Shown here: positions 50,903-59,937 of the stretch, piece by piece
How positions within the stretch are numbered: position 1 is the stretch's first letter
How the letters are laid out: each line of letters opens with the position of its first letter
Assembly (NCBI GenBank): GCA_965223325.1
Contig: CBDCWI010000002.1
Location: forward strand, 1,952,001 to 2,016,000
Reading direction: 5' to 3'
Origin: Candidatus Multivoradales bacterium
GTDB lineage: Bacteria > Acidobacteriota > Thermoanaerobaculia > Multivoradales > Multivoraceae
DNA: 64,000 bases
Made by a program: the position numbers and the translations under genes
Notes under the pieces: generated by a model
Told to the model about the DNA's origin: nothing
Database searches by the model: none
Seen by the model: the letters and a program-made list of their open reading frames with translations, nothing else

Positions 50903-51840
50903 AAGACGACTGGGCCCTCGAGCTTCCTGAGCGCTACTTCACTTTAGAGAACTACGAAGGCGGCATCGCACGCTGGTGTCCCGGCTGCGGCGACCACGGC
51001 ATCCTGGCAGCGGTCAAGAGAATCTGCGCCGAAGAGCAGATCCCATCTGAGCGTGTGGTGGCCATTTCCGGCATCGGGTGCGCCAGTCGCTTTCCGCACT
51101 ACATGCACGCCTACGGGTTTCACGGCCTGCACGGCCGAGCGTTGCCTGTGGCCTGCGGCGTCAAAGCCAGGCGCCCGGACCTGAAAGTATGGGTCGCCAC
51201 TGGAGACGGCGACTGCTGCTCGATCGGCGCCGGCCACTGGCTGCACGCCATCCGCTTCAACATGGACATGACCGTCATGCTGTTCGACAACAACATCTAC
51301 GGCTTGACCAAGAAGCAAACGTCACCCACCACCCCGGTGGGAACCGTCACCAACACCAGCCCGGAGGGTGCCTGGCTGCCGCCACTCAACGTGCTCGAGA
51401 ACGTGCTCGGTTTCACCAATGTCTCCTTCGTAGCGCGTACCGTCGACTGGAACGCCAACCACCTCCACGACACCCTGCGGCGTGCCTACGACCACGAGGG
51501 ATTGAGCTTCGTCCACATCCTGCAACGCTGCCCGACCTACACCGAGCACATCTTCGATGACTGGCGCAACAACCCGGATCGCGTCCTGCTGCTCGAGCAC
51601 GAGGACGGCGTGCCGATCGCCGAGAGCGTGGGCAAGATCTTCAGCCAGCGCCAAGCACACGATCCGCAAGATCTACAGGCGGCACGCCAACTGGCGGTGG
51701 CAGACGATCTGGCCCTCGGCCTCTTCTACTGCAATCCAGAGGCACCTCGCTACGAGAGCTTCACCAACCATGGGCTCGAGATGAGCCGCGAGCAGCGGTG
51801 GTCTGCGATCGCCGAAGAGCTCGATCGCTTCACGATCTGA
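50890..51840 (+). CDS. 2-oxoacid:ferredoxin oxidoreductase beta subunit (KorB-like)
   Basis: WCPGCGD, SGIGC, HGLHGRA, GDGD, DNNIYGLTKKQ.SPT, CPTY. Confidence 0.9.
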   Translation: MFDVKDDWALELPERYFTLENYEGGIARWCPGCGDHGILAAVKRICAEEQIPSERVVAISGIGCASRFPHYMHAYGFHGLHGRALPVACGVKARRPDLKVWVATGDGDCCSIGAGHWLHAIRFNMDMTVMLFDNNIYGLTKKQTSPTTPVGTVTNTSPEGAWLPPLNVLENVLGFTNVSFVARTVDWNANHLHDTLRRAYDHEGLSFVHILQRCPTYTEHIFDDWRNNPDRVLLLEHEDGVPIAESVGKIFSQRQAHDPQDLQAARQLAVADDLALGLFYCNPEAPRYESFTNHGLEMSREQRWSAIAEELDRFTI

Positions 51841-51857
51841 GAGGACCTGGGCAACCG

Positions 51858-53525
51858 ATGTCCGATCGCGAATCCGAGTCGCTCGAGCAACACCTGCGGC
51901 AGCTTCAGGGCTTTCATTTCGGCGTCGAGGGTTCGGGCACTGCGGCGGCCGCCGAGGCGCTTGCTCTGGTTCCCGCCTGGCTGCCGGAGGTAGAACGTCG
52001 GCTCGCCGGTGGATCGAGCCTACGCTGCCTGATCCAGCGCGCCGAGGTTGCCTACTCGAGTGCATGGAAGGATTGGCAGCAGCGGGCCTCCCCCATCGCG
52101 ACGGCACTCGAGTCGTTGGTGGGATCAATCGGCGAGGGCGGTGCCTCCTCGCCTGCTGCACTCGGGGCCATGGGCTCGCGCTTCGTCAACCCGGATGCCC
52201 TCGCCACCAGACTGAGCTCCCAGCGCCGGGAGAGTGTCTCGGCCGAACGCCAGAGCCGACTCGAGAAGAGCCTCGCCGTGCTCCGGCGCGGACTCGAAGG
52301 CCGCATGACCCGTCGCCCGCTGATCCTGTGCGATCCCGACCTCTCAGCCTTGAGCGCCGACCTTCCGGAAGGCATCGACATCACGGTCGAAGAGCGGCCC
52401 TGCCGCTCCATCGTCGAGCCATTCGAGGAACGCGCCAATGAAGTGGCCGAGCTCATCGCGGCGCTACGGGTCGCCCGACTCGAGCTCGAGCAGTCTTACG
52501 ATCCCGCGGTGCACGATTCAGACCTCGTCCACTTCGACTGGCGCAGCCTGCACGACGCCGAGCGGCCCCTCCTGCCCAGCCTGCTCTGTGTCGTGTCGTA
52601 CCCGAACGCCATCGGCGACGAGCTGAGCGCACTGTTTCAGCTCTTGACATCGGCGCTGCCGATCCAGATCCTGGTTCCGGTCGCACCGCTGGCCAGTGCC
52701 TTGGACGGTGAAATCGACCTCGCCCACCTGGCTTTGAGCCACCGACGCAGCTTCGTCCACCAGGGATCCTTGGCCGCAGCCGACTTGCTCGAACGCGGAT
52801 TCGATCGCGCCCTTGCGACACCAGGCGCCGCCCTTCACCTGATTGCCGGTGACGAGCTTGGCGAGGATGGGCAGCCGGAGAGCCCCGGCGCCGCGGTCGA
52901 CGCTCGCTGCCATCCCCTCTTCGTGTTCGATCCCGGGCCGTCGCGGGCCAGCGCCGTGCTCGAGCTCGACGGCAACCAGCTTCCCGATCAAGACTGGGTC
53001 ACCAGCGACGAACTGTCCTTCACCATAGCTCACTTGGCATTGCTGTCGCCCCGCGGCCTCAGGGAGCTGGCGCCAGTCGCCGAAGACCTACTCCCCGAGC
53101 CCGCAACGGCCGGAAACGGGCCTGCGTCCGTTCCATCCAGAATGCAGGCGAAGCCATCCGCTCGGTCCTCCGAAACGCTTCTGCCCCTGGGGGAATGGCT
53201 CTCACTCACCCCCGAGCAGACCCGGCGCAAGCTCCCCTTCATCCATGCCGCCAACCAGGAGGGAGACATCGTCCACTTGGTCGCGAGCCGTCGACTCGCC
53301 CTGGCCTGCATCGAGCGCCTCGACCACTGGCGGACACTCCGGCGCCTCGCGGATCGCACCCCAGCCACCGCACCTCGGGCGCTGCCGAGCGAACAGCTAC
53401 CGATGCTGCCAGACGCCCAGTCGGACGAGCCGGCGCTCCACCCTGATGTCGAACGGTTGCGGATGGCCGAGCAGGTGGTTGGCCGTCTGATGTCGCGGCT
53501 TCTCAACGACGGGCCTTCAGCATGA
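51858..53525 (+). CDS. Hypothetical protein, degenerate paralog of the PFOR TPP-binding/C-terminal region
   Basis: Colinear similarity to the C-terminal third of 42324..47369 (see findings), with no GDG or Fe-S Cys motifs. Confidence 0.7.
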   Translation: MSDRESESLEQHLRQLQGFHFGVEGSGTAAAAEALALVPAWLPEVERRLAGGSSLRCLIQRAEVAYSSAWKDWQQRASPIATALESLVGSIGEGGASSPAALGAMGSRFVNPDALATRLSSQRRESVSAERQSRLEKSLAVLRRGLEGRMTRRPLILCDPDLSALSADLPEGIDITVEERPCRSIVEPFEERANEVAELIAALRVARLELEQSYDPAVHDSDLVHFDWRSLHDAERPLLPSLLCVVSYPNAIGDELSALFQLLTSALPIQILVPVAPLASALDGEIDLAHLALSHRRSFVHQGSLAAADLLERGFDRALATPGAALHLIAGDELGEDGQPESPGAAVDARCHPLFVFDPGPSRASAVLELDGNQLPDQDWVTSDELSFTIAHLALLSPRGLRELAPVAEDLLPEPATAGNGPASVPSRMQAKPSARSSETLLPLGEWLSLTPEQTRRKLPFIHAANQEGDIVHLVASRRLALACIERLDHWRTLRRLADRTPATAPRALPSEQLPMLPDAQSDEPALHPDVERLRMAEQVVGRLMSRLLNDGPSA

Positions 53526-53814
53526 GCAAGTCGTGTCCAGACCTGGGCCCGTTGTGTTCGACTCGCGTCCCAGCTTGAGTTCGTCGAACCAGACCTCGAG
53601 CGGCTCGTCGAAGTCGCTTCCACTTTCTCAACGGGAGGTGTCGTTCCTGGCTTCCGTGGCAAGTCGAGTTGAGAATCATTGTGTACAGCCTGGCAACGGT
53701 CGCCACCGCAATTGCCGAGACCGTTTCGCGCTGCCCGAACTACGCTAACGACCCGGTACACGGCGCTACGTGGGGGCTGAGCCTGTCTGAGGCTCGGCCG
53801 CTCGAAGCGTCGAC

Positions 53815-54333
53815 TCAGTCCTGCATCTGTCGCGTCCACGTCGCCTGGTCGAAGTAGTCGCGCCAGGCGGCGATCTTGCCATCTCTGAGATCGAACGCTC
53901 CCATCACCGGCAGGGCAACGTCCTTGTCGCCGAAGACGAAGCGGTCCATGCGCTCGTTGAGGACTGTGGACCCGACCTGGGAACTGTTGAGGATCTCCCA
54001 GTCGACCTTCGCCGCAGCGTTGACGTAGGACTCGATCAGGTTACGAACAGCCTCGGTGCCCTGCACCGGACCGGTGGGCATGTTGTGGTAGATGGCGTCT
54101 TCGGTGAAGAAGCTCATGATGCGGTCGATGTCTTTGGTGTTGAAGGCGGCGATGAAGTCTTCGACGATCTCGATTCCGTTGCTCACGCTGTCCTCGGCTT
54201 TCTTGGCTGGTTCCGGCTCCGTCGCGGACTCGCGTGCAACCAGGGGGCTGCAGAGCAACACGACGGCCAGGAGTGCGCCCGCGCCCCTACGGATCAGGTC
54301 TGGTGCGGTCGCAGTGCGGGGTGAATGGTTCAT
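53815..54333 (-). CDS. Limonene-1,2-epoxide hydrolase family (NTF2-like) protein with signal peptide
   Basis: YHNMP, NERMD, LPVMG.F, WRDYFD (Tyr/Asn and Arg-Asp/Asp catalytic set); N-terminal RR plus hydrophobic segment; ATGA overlap with tetR. Confidence 0.82.
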   Translation of the reverse strand: MNHSPRTATAPDLIRRGAGALLAVVLLCSPLVARESATEPEPAKKAEDSVSNGIEIVEDFIAAFNTKDIDRIMSFFTEDAIYHNMPTGPVQGTEAVRNLIESYVNAAAKVDWEILNSSQVGSTVLNERMDRFVFGDKDVALPVMGAFDLRDGKIAAWRDYFDQATWTRQMQD

Positions 54334-54971
54334 GGATCGGCTGCACTTTCTTCTTTGTCTGCTGGCAGTAGCCCGTTGAGCAGGAGCTCGAAGGCACCTT
54401 TCAGTTCGTGATCCGTGGGATGAGCGATGGCACCGAGATTGCGTCGCGAGTCGCGCAGGACCACGAGGCCCAGAAACGACGCCCACATCAGGTCGGCGAC
54501 ACCGCGGCTGTTCGGGATTCCCAGAGTCTCCTCGAGCAGACTCGCCAGGCCCCTGAAATCGTCGCCCGAGCGCTTTTTCAGCTCCTCCAACACGGCCTGC
54601 TCGACCGAGTCCGTCGAGCGCGGATGACCGAGGTAGGTGAACACGTGAAAGTACTCCGGGTGCTCCTTGGTGACCGTGACCCAGAACTCCCACAGGCTGG
54701 CGAGCTTCTGCACTGGCTCGTCTCGTGACTCGCGGATCCGCTCAATCCCTTCGGACATGAAATCGATGCTCTCGAACAGGAGCGACGTGAAGATCTCGTC
54801 TTTACTCTTGAAGTAGAAGAAGAGCGTCGCCTCGGAGAGCTCGCAACGCTCGGCGATCTCACGGGTCGTGGTGCCGTTGAAACCCTTCTCGCGTACGAGG
54901 GCCCGAGCCGCTTCGAGCACCGCGCCCCGTCGTGCCTTTCGCTCCCTCTGTCGTCGCTCCTGGACACCCAT
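54330..54971 (-). CDS. TetR-family transcriptional regulator
   Basis: KGFNGTTTREIAERCELSEATLFFYFKSKDEI helix-turn-helix. Confidence 0.92.
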   Translation of the reverse strand: MGVQERRQRERKARRGAVLEAARALVREKGFNGTTTREIAERCELSEATLFFYFKSKDEIFTSLLFESIDFMSEGIERIRESRDEPVQKLASLWEFWVTVTKEHPEYFHVFTYLGHPRSTDSVEQAVLEELKKRSGDDFRGLASLLEETLGIPNSRGVADLMWASFLGLVVLRDSRRNLGAIAHPTDHELKGAFELLLNGLLPADKEESAADP

Positions 54972-54980
54972 CGCTCGTGA

Positions 54981-56123
54981 CTAGCCTTCCATGTTGCGCG
55001 CGATCGTTTCGCGCTGGATTTCGCTCGTACCTTCTCCCAGCTCGAGCACCTTGCAATCCCGATAGAAGCGCTGCGCCGCACTCTCTCGCATGTACCCCTG
55101 CGCTCCACACAGGTGGAGTGCACGCTCACACACCCAGGTGCACGCCTCGGTGGCGAAGAGCTTGGCCATCGACGCCTCCTTGTCGTGGACTTCTTCCGCG
55201 TCGACCAGCCCGGCCGCATGCACCGTAAGGTGCCAAGCCGCTTCGAGACGGGTCGCCATCTCGGCCAGCGCGAAGCGGACGAACTGGTGGCCCTTCAAGG
55301 GCACGCCGAACTGTACTCGGTCGCGGGTGTAGGCGCTGGCCTCCTCGAAGGCGGCCGTTCCGAGACCCACGCCGAAGGCAGCGCTGGCGATACGTCCGAG
55401 CGTCAGCACCTTCATCGCCTCGAGGAATCCATAGTCCTCGGGCCCGAGCCGCCGGTCCAGCGGGACTCGGCAACCGTCGAGGACGATCTCGGCCATCTCG
55501 GAGGCGCCCATGCCGAGCTTGTGCATGGGTGGACCGACCGATACACCCGTGTCGGTGCTTTGGACCAGAAAGAGGGACATGCCCTTCAACCCCTTCTCAG
55601 GTGTGGTCGAGGCGACGACGACCATGAAGTCGGCAAACGGTGAATTGGTGATGTACATCTTGCTGCCACTCAGAACGTAGTCGTCGCCCTCGCGGCGCGC
55701 GCGGGTCTTGACGGTCGACACGTCGGCGCCGGCTCCCGACTCGGCGTAGGCCCAGCAACCGATGCTGTGGCCGGCCAGGGCAGCGGGAAGGAAGGCCCGC
55801 TTCTGCTCTTCGCTGCCGAGATGCAGGATTCCGGCGCAGGCCAGAGCAGTGTGCACGTAGCCCCCGAGTGCAACCGCCGCCGAGCCGCGCGCCATTTCGC
55901 GGCAAAAGAGCGCGTAGTCGAGGGCGCCGCCGCCACTGCCACCGAGCTCTTCGGGAAAGCCGATGCCAAGCCAGCCCTGCTCCCCAAAGCGGCGAAAGAG
56001 CTCTTGGGGGTAGCGCTCGTCCTGATCCCAGGTCACAGCATGGGGCAGTACTTCGCGCTCGACGAAGGAGCGCACACTGTCGCGCAGCAGCTTCTGTTCG
56101 CCACTCAATAGCTGGTCGCCCAC
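54981..56123 (-). CDS. Acyl-CoA dehydrogenase
   Basis: AESGAGAD, GSKMYITN, KLGM, R.QFG, SMAKLFATE, GAQGY, GEGTSEIQR; GTG start after AAGGAAGGAG. Confidence 0.9.
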   Translation of the reverse strand: MGDQLLSGEQKLLRDSVRSFVEREVLPHAVTWDQDERYPQELFRRFGEQGWLGIGFPEELGGSGGGALDYALFCREMARGSAAVALGGYVHTALACAGILHLGSEEQKRAFLPAALAGHSIGCWAYAESGAGADVSTVKTRARREGDDYVLSGSKMYITNSPFADFMVVVASTTPEKGLKGMSLFLVQSTDTGVSVGPPMHKLGMGASEMAEIVLDGCRVPLDRRLGPEDYGFLEAMKVLTLGRIASAAFGVGLGTAAFEEASAYTRDRVQFGVPLKGHQFVRFALAEMATRLEAAWHLTVHAAGLVDAEEVHDKEASMAKLFATEACTWVCERALHLCGAQGYMRESAAQRFYRDCKVLELGEGTSEIQRETIARNMEG

Positions 56124-56198
56124 CTGGGCTCCTTCCTTTTGTCGATGAGCACGCGAGAGGCTCGCGCCGTCCATCTGCGTTCGCCATTCGCCACGTAG

Positions 56199-56984
56199 CT
56201 ACCTGCCGACATACCGGGGCGCCCGCTTTTCGCGAAAGGCGGCGACGCCTTCCCGGTGGTCCTCGCTCTGGAGACACTGCACCTGAGCAAACACCTCGTA
56301 GTCGAACTCGCCCTCCATGGGCAAATCGAGGGAGCGCCGGATCGCGCGCTTGGTAAACGCCAATGCGCGCGGTGGACCGACGGCCAGCTCTCTCGCCAGC
56401 TCGTCCGTTGCGGCGTCGATCTCATGGTCGGCAACACAGCGGGTGACGAGCCCGATCTGCTCGGCCTCGGGTGCGGGCACGAAGCGACCCGACATCATGA
56501 TCTCGGTGGCGCGGCCGAGGCCGACGAGTCGCGGCAGAAAGTAGCCGCAAGACATGTCACAACCGGCCAGGCCGATCTTGACGAACGGGGCTCGAAGACG
56601 GGCGCTCTCTGCTGCGATCCTGAAGTCGCAGGCCAGCGCCAGGCCGAGGCCACCACCAACGGCGTCACCGTGAAGGCGGGCGATCACCGGCTTGTCGAGG
56701 CTCGAGATCCGGCGGACGGGATCGAGATAGCGATCGACGATGCGCTCCCACTCTGCCGGTTCGCGGGGCGTCATCTCGCCTTGATCGGCCCCGGCGCTGA
56801 ACAGGCGGCCGGAGCCGGCTAGCACGACCGCGCGAACACTGTCGTCCTCGGCGACCTGATCGAAGGCTGCCATCAGCGCCTCGACGGTTGCGATCGAGAT
56901 GGTGTTCAGGCGATCGGGCCGGTTGAGGGTGACTCGCGCGACACCGTCGCTTGCACTCACCAGGATCGCTGACTCGTCGGTCAT
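56199..56984 (-). CDS. Enoyl-CoA hydratase/isomerase family protein
   Basis: LNRPDRLN, FSAGAD, GGGLGLALACDFR, EGVAAFREKR.P. Confidence 0.9.
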   Translation of the reverse strand: MTDESAILVSASDGVARVTLNRPDRLNTISIATVEALMAAFDQVAEDDSVRAVVLAGSGRLFSAGADQGEMTPREPAEWERIVDRYLDPVRRISSLDKPVIARLHGDAVGGGLGLALACDFRIAAESARLRAPFVKIGLAGCDMSCGYFLPRLVGLGRATEIMMSGRFVPAPEAEQIGLVTRCVADHEIDAATDELARELAVGPPRALAFTKRAIRRSLDLPMEGEFDYEVFAQVQCLQSEDHREGVAAFREKRAPRYVGR

Positions 56985-57008
56985 TTCTCGACTCCTCGAA
57001 TCTTCCGT

Positions 57009-58154
57009 TCAAGACTTCTCGTTCAGACCCTTGGTGGCAGCCACGATCTCTCTGAGCACTTCGCTCGAGCCCGCTCCGATGGTGAAGGCCAGGCAGTCGC
57101 GATGCAGGCGTGCCATCAAACACTCCTCCATGTACCCGATCCCACCGAAGATCTGAGCGCACTCGCGAGCCGCATCGAGGGCAGACTCGGTGGCGAAGAG
57201 CTTGGCCATCGATACCTCGCCATTGCAGGGCTCGCCCCGCACGTAGAGATCGAGCGCTCGGTAGGTCAGCGCCTCGGATGCTTCGATCGTGGTGGCAACG
57301 TCTGCGAGTCGGTGCCGCCAGACCTGGAAGCCGAGCAGACTATGGCCGAAGGCCGAGCGCTCGTGGCCGTAACGCCGCGCCTCTTCCCACATGACACGCA
57401 TCTGAGCCGTCGCCATCAGCGCCAGGATCAGCCGCTCGGCTTCGAAGCCCTTCATGATCGACACAAAGCCCGTGTTCTCCTCGCCGACCAGATAGCGGGC
57501 CGGGACTCGGCAGTCGTGGAACGCCACCTCGGCGGTGTCGGAGGCGTGGGTACCGAGCTTCGTGAGTCGGCTCGAGGAGAACCCCTCGGTCGTCGTCGGG
57601 ATGACGATCAGAGAGATCCCCTTGTGACCCTCGTCGCCTGTGCGCACGGCCGTGGTCACGAAGTCAGCGATCGTGCCGTTGGTGGTGTAGACCTTGCTGC
57701 CGTTGATGACGTAGTCGTCGCCATCACGCACCGCTCTGGTTCTGAGTGCCGCGACGTCGCTGCCGGCATGTGGCTCGGTAACCCCCAGGGCACCGATCAT
57801 CTCCCCGGCCGCAGCCGGGCGAACGAACTCTTCGATCAGCAGAGGCGAGCCGACATGGTCGATCACCTTGGTGGCGAACTCGGCATGCGCCAACAGACTG
57901 ACTGGCACGCCGATCGAACCACAGCGGACGAGCTCTTCGACGAGGATCGCGGTGTACCAGAAGTCGAGACCCTGCCCGCCGCCCTCCTCGGAGAGTCGAA
58001 TCCCGAGGTAGCCGAGCTCGCCGAACTCGCGGAAAAGCTCGCGCGGCACACAGCCGGCCTGCTCCCACTGGTCGACGTTCGGGACGATGCGCTGGTCAAC
58101 GAACTGACGCACGGCCTGGCGCACGGCCTCGTGCTCTTTCCCGAAACCAGTCAT
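57009..58154 (-). CDS. Acyl-CoA dehydrogenase (LCAD/AtuD-like catalytic Glu position)
   Basis: TEPHAGSDV, NGSKVYTTNG, SDTAE, FEAERL, FGGIGYM, IGAGSSE. Confidence 0.9.
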   Translation of the reverse strand: MTGFGKEHEAVRQAVRQFVDQRIVPNVDQWEQAGCVPRELFREFGELGYLGIRLSEEGGGQGLDFWYTAILVEELVRCGSIGVPVSLLAHAEFATKVIDHVGSPLLIEEFVRPAAAGEMIGALGVTEPHAGSDVAALRTRAVRDGDDYVINGSKVYTTNGTIADFVTTAVRTGDEGHKGISLIVIPTTTEGFSSSRLTKLGTHASDTAEVAFHDCRVPARYLVGEENTGFVSIMKGFEAERLILALMATAQMRVMWEEARRYGHERSAFGHSLLGFQVWRHRLADVATTIEASEALTYRALDLYVRGEPCNGEVSMAKLFATESALDAARECAQIFGGIGYMEECLMARLHRDCLAFTIGAGSSEVLREIVAATKGLNEKS

Positions 58155-58223
58155 CTCTGACCTCCGCTCTTCTAGGACAGCTCTCGCTCTCGATTCGACC
58201 TTGATGAGTGCTGGAAGCGTATT

Positions 58224-58256
58224 CTGAGTGTCACTCAGTTGTCAAGTTTCACTTGA
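58224..58256. promoter_or_regulatory. Two adjacent palindromes, candidate TetR operators in the divergent promoter
   Basis: CTGAGTG-T-CACTCAG (58224-58238) and TCAAGT-TTC-ACTTGA (58242-58256). Confidence 0.65.
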
Positions 58257-58328
58257 AATTCGAAGGTCGCTCTGCTACGTTGCTCACACCCCACAACAGA
58301 GACCGCAAGAGCGACAAGGAGGGGCCCC

Positions 58329-59486
58329 CTGGCCATCAGCACTCCGGCAGCGAAGGCGCCCGTGATCGCCGGCGTAGGGCACACCGCGTTCGGGCGATTC
58401 GAAGACCAGAGCCCCTGGGATCTCGAGGCCGAAGCGGCACGGCTGGCCGTTGAGGACGCGGGGCTCGAGCCCCCCGACATCGACGGGCTGTTGACCGATC
58501 CGGGTCCTGCCCAGGGGATCCTCGACGGCATCACTCCGCACTTTCTCCGCATGGGGGCTCTTCTGGGAATCGATCCGACGTTCGCCGGCTCGGAGCTCCT
58601 CGGTGGTGCCGGGAGCGTCGCGATCGTGCAGCGTGCCGCCATGGCGATTGAAGCGGGCCTGTGCAACACGTGCCTGTGCATCTACGGCGACAGCGCCCTA
58701 TCGCGTCCAGGCTCCTACGGGTACGGCCGGGGCGACGAGTCCGCGTTCGGCTTCTTCGGCGCCGTCGGCCTCCATGCCCTGGCCGCAGAGCGTCACCGAC
58801 ATCTCTATGGCACGCGCGAGGATCACCTCGGCGAGGTCGCCGTCGCCGCACGAGCCTCTGCGGCTCGCACCGCCCATGCCCAGCGGAAGAAGAGTCTGGC
58901 GATGAACGACTACCTGGCGAGTCCGTTCGTCGTCGAGCCGCTGCGACGAGACGACTGTTGCCTGATCTCGGACGGCGCCGCTGCAGTGGTGGTCACGAGC
59001 ACCGAGCGCGCAGCCGATCTGGCGCACGCGGGGGTCCGGGTTCTCTCTTACCGCCAGGCGCACAGCCTCTCGACCTACGCCTCGGCCGATCACTTCGACC
59101 ACTCCCCCGCTGCTCGTTGTGGGCCCGCCGCTTTCGAGGCCGCCGGAATCGGGCCGCAAGACGTTGATGTCCTGCTGCTCTACGACTGCTTCACCATCGT
59201 CGTCCTGCTGCAGCTCGAGGACTACGGTTTCTGCCCCCGTGGCGAAGCGGGCCCGTTCGTCGAGGGCGGGCGCATCGCTCCGGGCGGTGAGCTGGCGGTC
59301 AACCCAACCGGTGGGCTGCTGGCCGAGGGCTACGGTGGCGGCATGCTGCACGTGATCGAGGCTGTGCGCCAGCTCCGCGGCGAGGCGGATGAGCGCCAGG
59401 TCGAGGACGCCGAGGTCGCTCTGGTGAGCGGCCATGGTCTCGGCATGAACACTCACACAACGCTCTTGCTCGGAAGTGCAGCGTGA
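58329..59486 (+). CDS. Thiolase-superfamily protein, SCP-x/Ltp2-like
   Basis: IAGVG.T, CCLISDGAAA, YDCFT, NPTGGLLAEGY, EAVRQLRG. Start is either CTG 58329 (6 nt after AAGGAGG) or GTG 58362. Confidence 0.85.
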   Translation: MAISTPAAKAPVIAGVGHTAFGRFEDQSPWDLEAEAARLAVEDAGLEPPDIDGLLTDPGPAQGILDGITPHFLRMGALLGIDPTFAGSELLGGAGSVAIVQRAAMAIEAGLCNTCLCIYGDSALSRPGSYGYGRGDESAFGFFGAVGLHALAAERHRHLYGTREDHLGEVAVAARASAARTAHAQRKKSLAMNDYLASPFVVEPLRRDDCCLISDGAAAVVVTSTERAADLAHAGVRVLSYRQAHSLSTYASADHFDHSPAARCGPAAFEAAGIGPQDVDVLLLYDCFTIVVLLQLEDYGFCPRGEAGPFVEGGRIAPGGELAVNPTGGLLAEGYGGGMLHVIEAVRQLRGEADERQVEDAEVALVSGHGLGMNTHTTLLLGSAA

Positions 59487-59920
59487 GCGAGCAACACGAA
59501 CGCCCGCTTCCCACGCCCTCCGCCGCCACCCAGGCCTTCTGGGAGGCGTGCAGCAAAGGTGTGCTCGAGGTCGCCGCTTGCCGTCGCTGCCAACACTCCT
59601 TTCTTCCCGCCGCACCGTGCTGCCCTCGGTGCTGGTCCTCTCGACTCGAGCAGCGCCCGGTCTCGGGCAGAGGAGAAGTCGAGACGTTCGCCATCTACCG
59701 GCGCACCTACCACCCAGCACTTCCGGCGCCCTACGTCGTGGCGCTGATCGAGCTCGAGGAGGGGCCGCGTCTGTTGTCGAACGTCATCGGCTGCGCGCCG
59801 GAGGAGGTCGAGATCGGCATGGCAGTCGAGGTTCGCTTCGAGGAAATCGCGCACTCCGAGGATGGGAAAAAGGTCGCCGTACCCCTCTTCGTGCCCCGAG
59901 ACACTCCAGGACGTCGTTGA
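59483..59920 (+). CDS. DUF35 Zn-ribbon/OB-fold acyl-CoA-binding protein
   Basis: FWEAC, CRRC...CPRC, SGRG.V, PYVVALIELEEGPR, IGM.VEV.F; overlaps the thiolase stop. Confidence 0.9.
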   Translation: MSEQHERPLPTPSAATQAFWEACSKGVLEVAACRRCQHSFLPAAPCCPRCWSSRLEQRPVSGRGEVETFAIYRRTYHPALPAPYVVALIELEEGPRLLSNVIGCAPEEVEIGMAVEVRFEEIAHSEDGKKVAVPLFVPRDTPGRR

Positions 59921-59937
59921 GCGAAAAGAGGCCAGAC

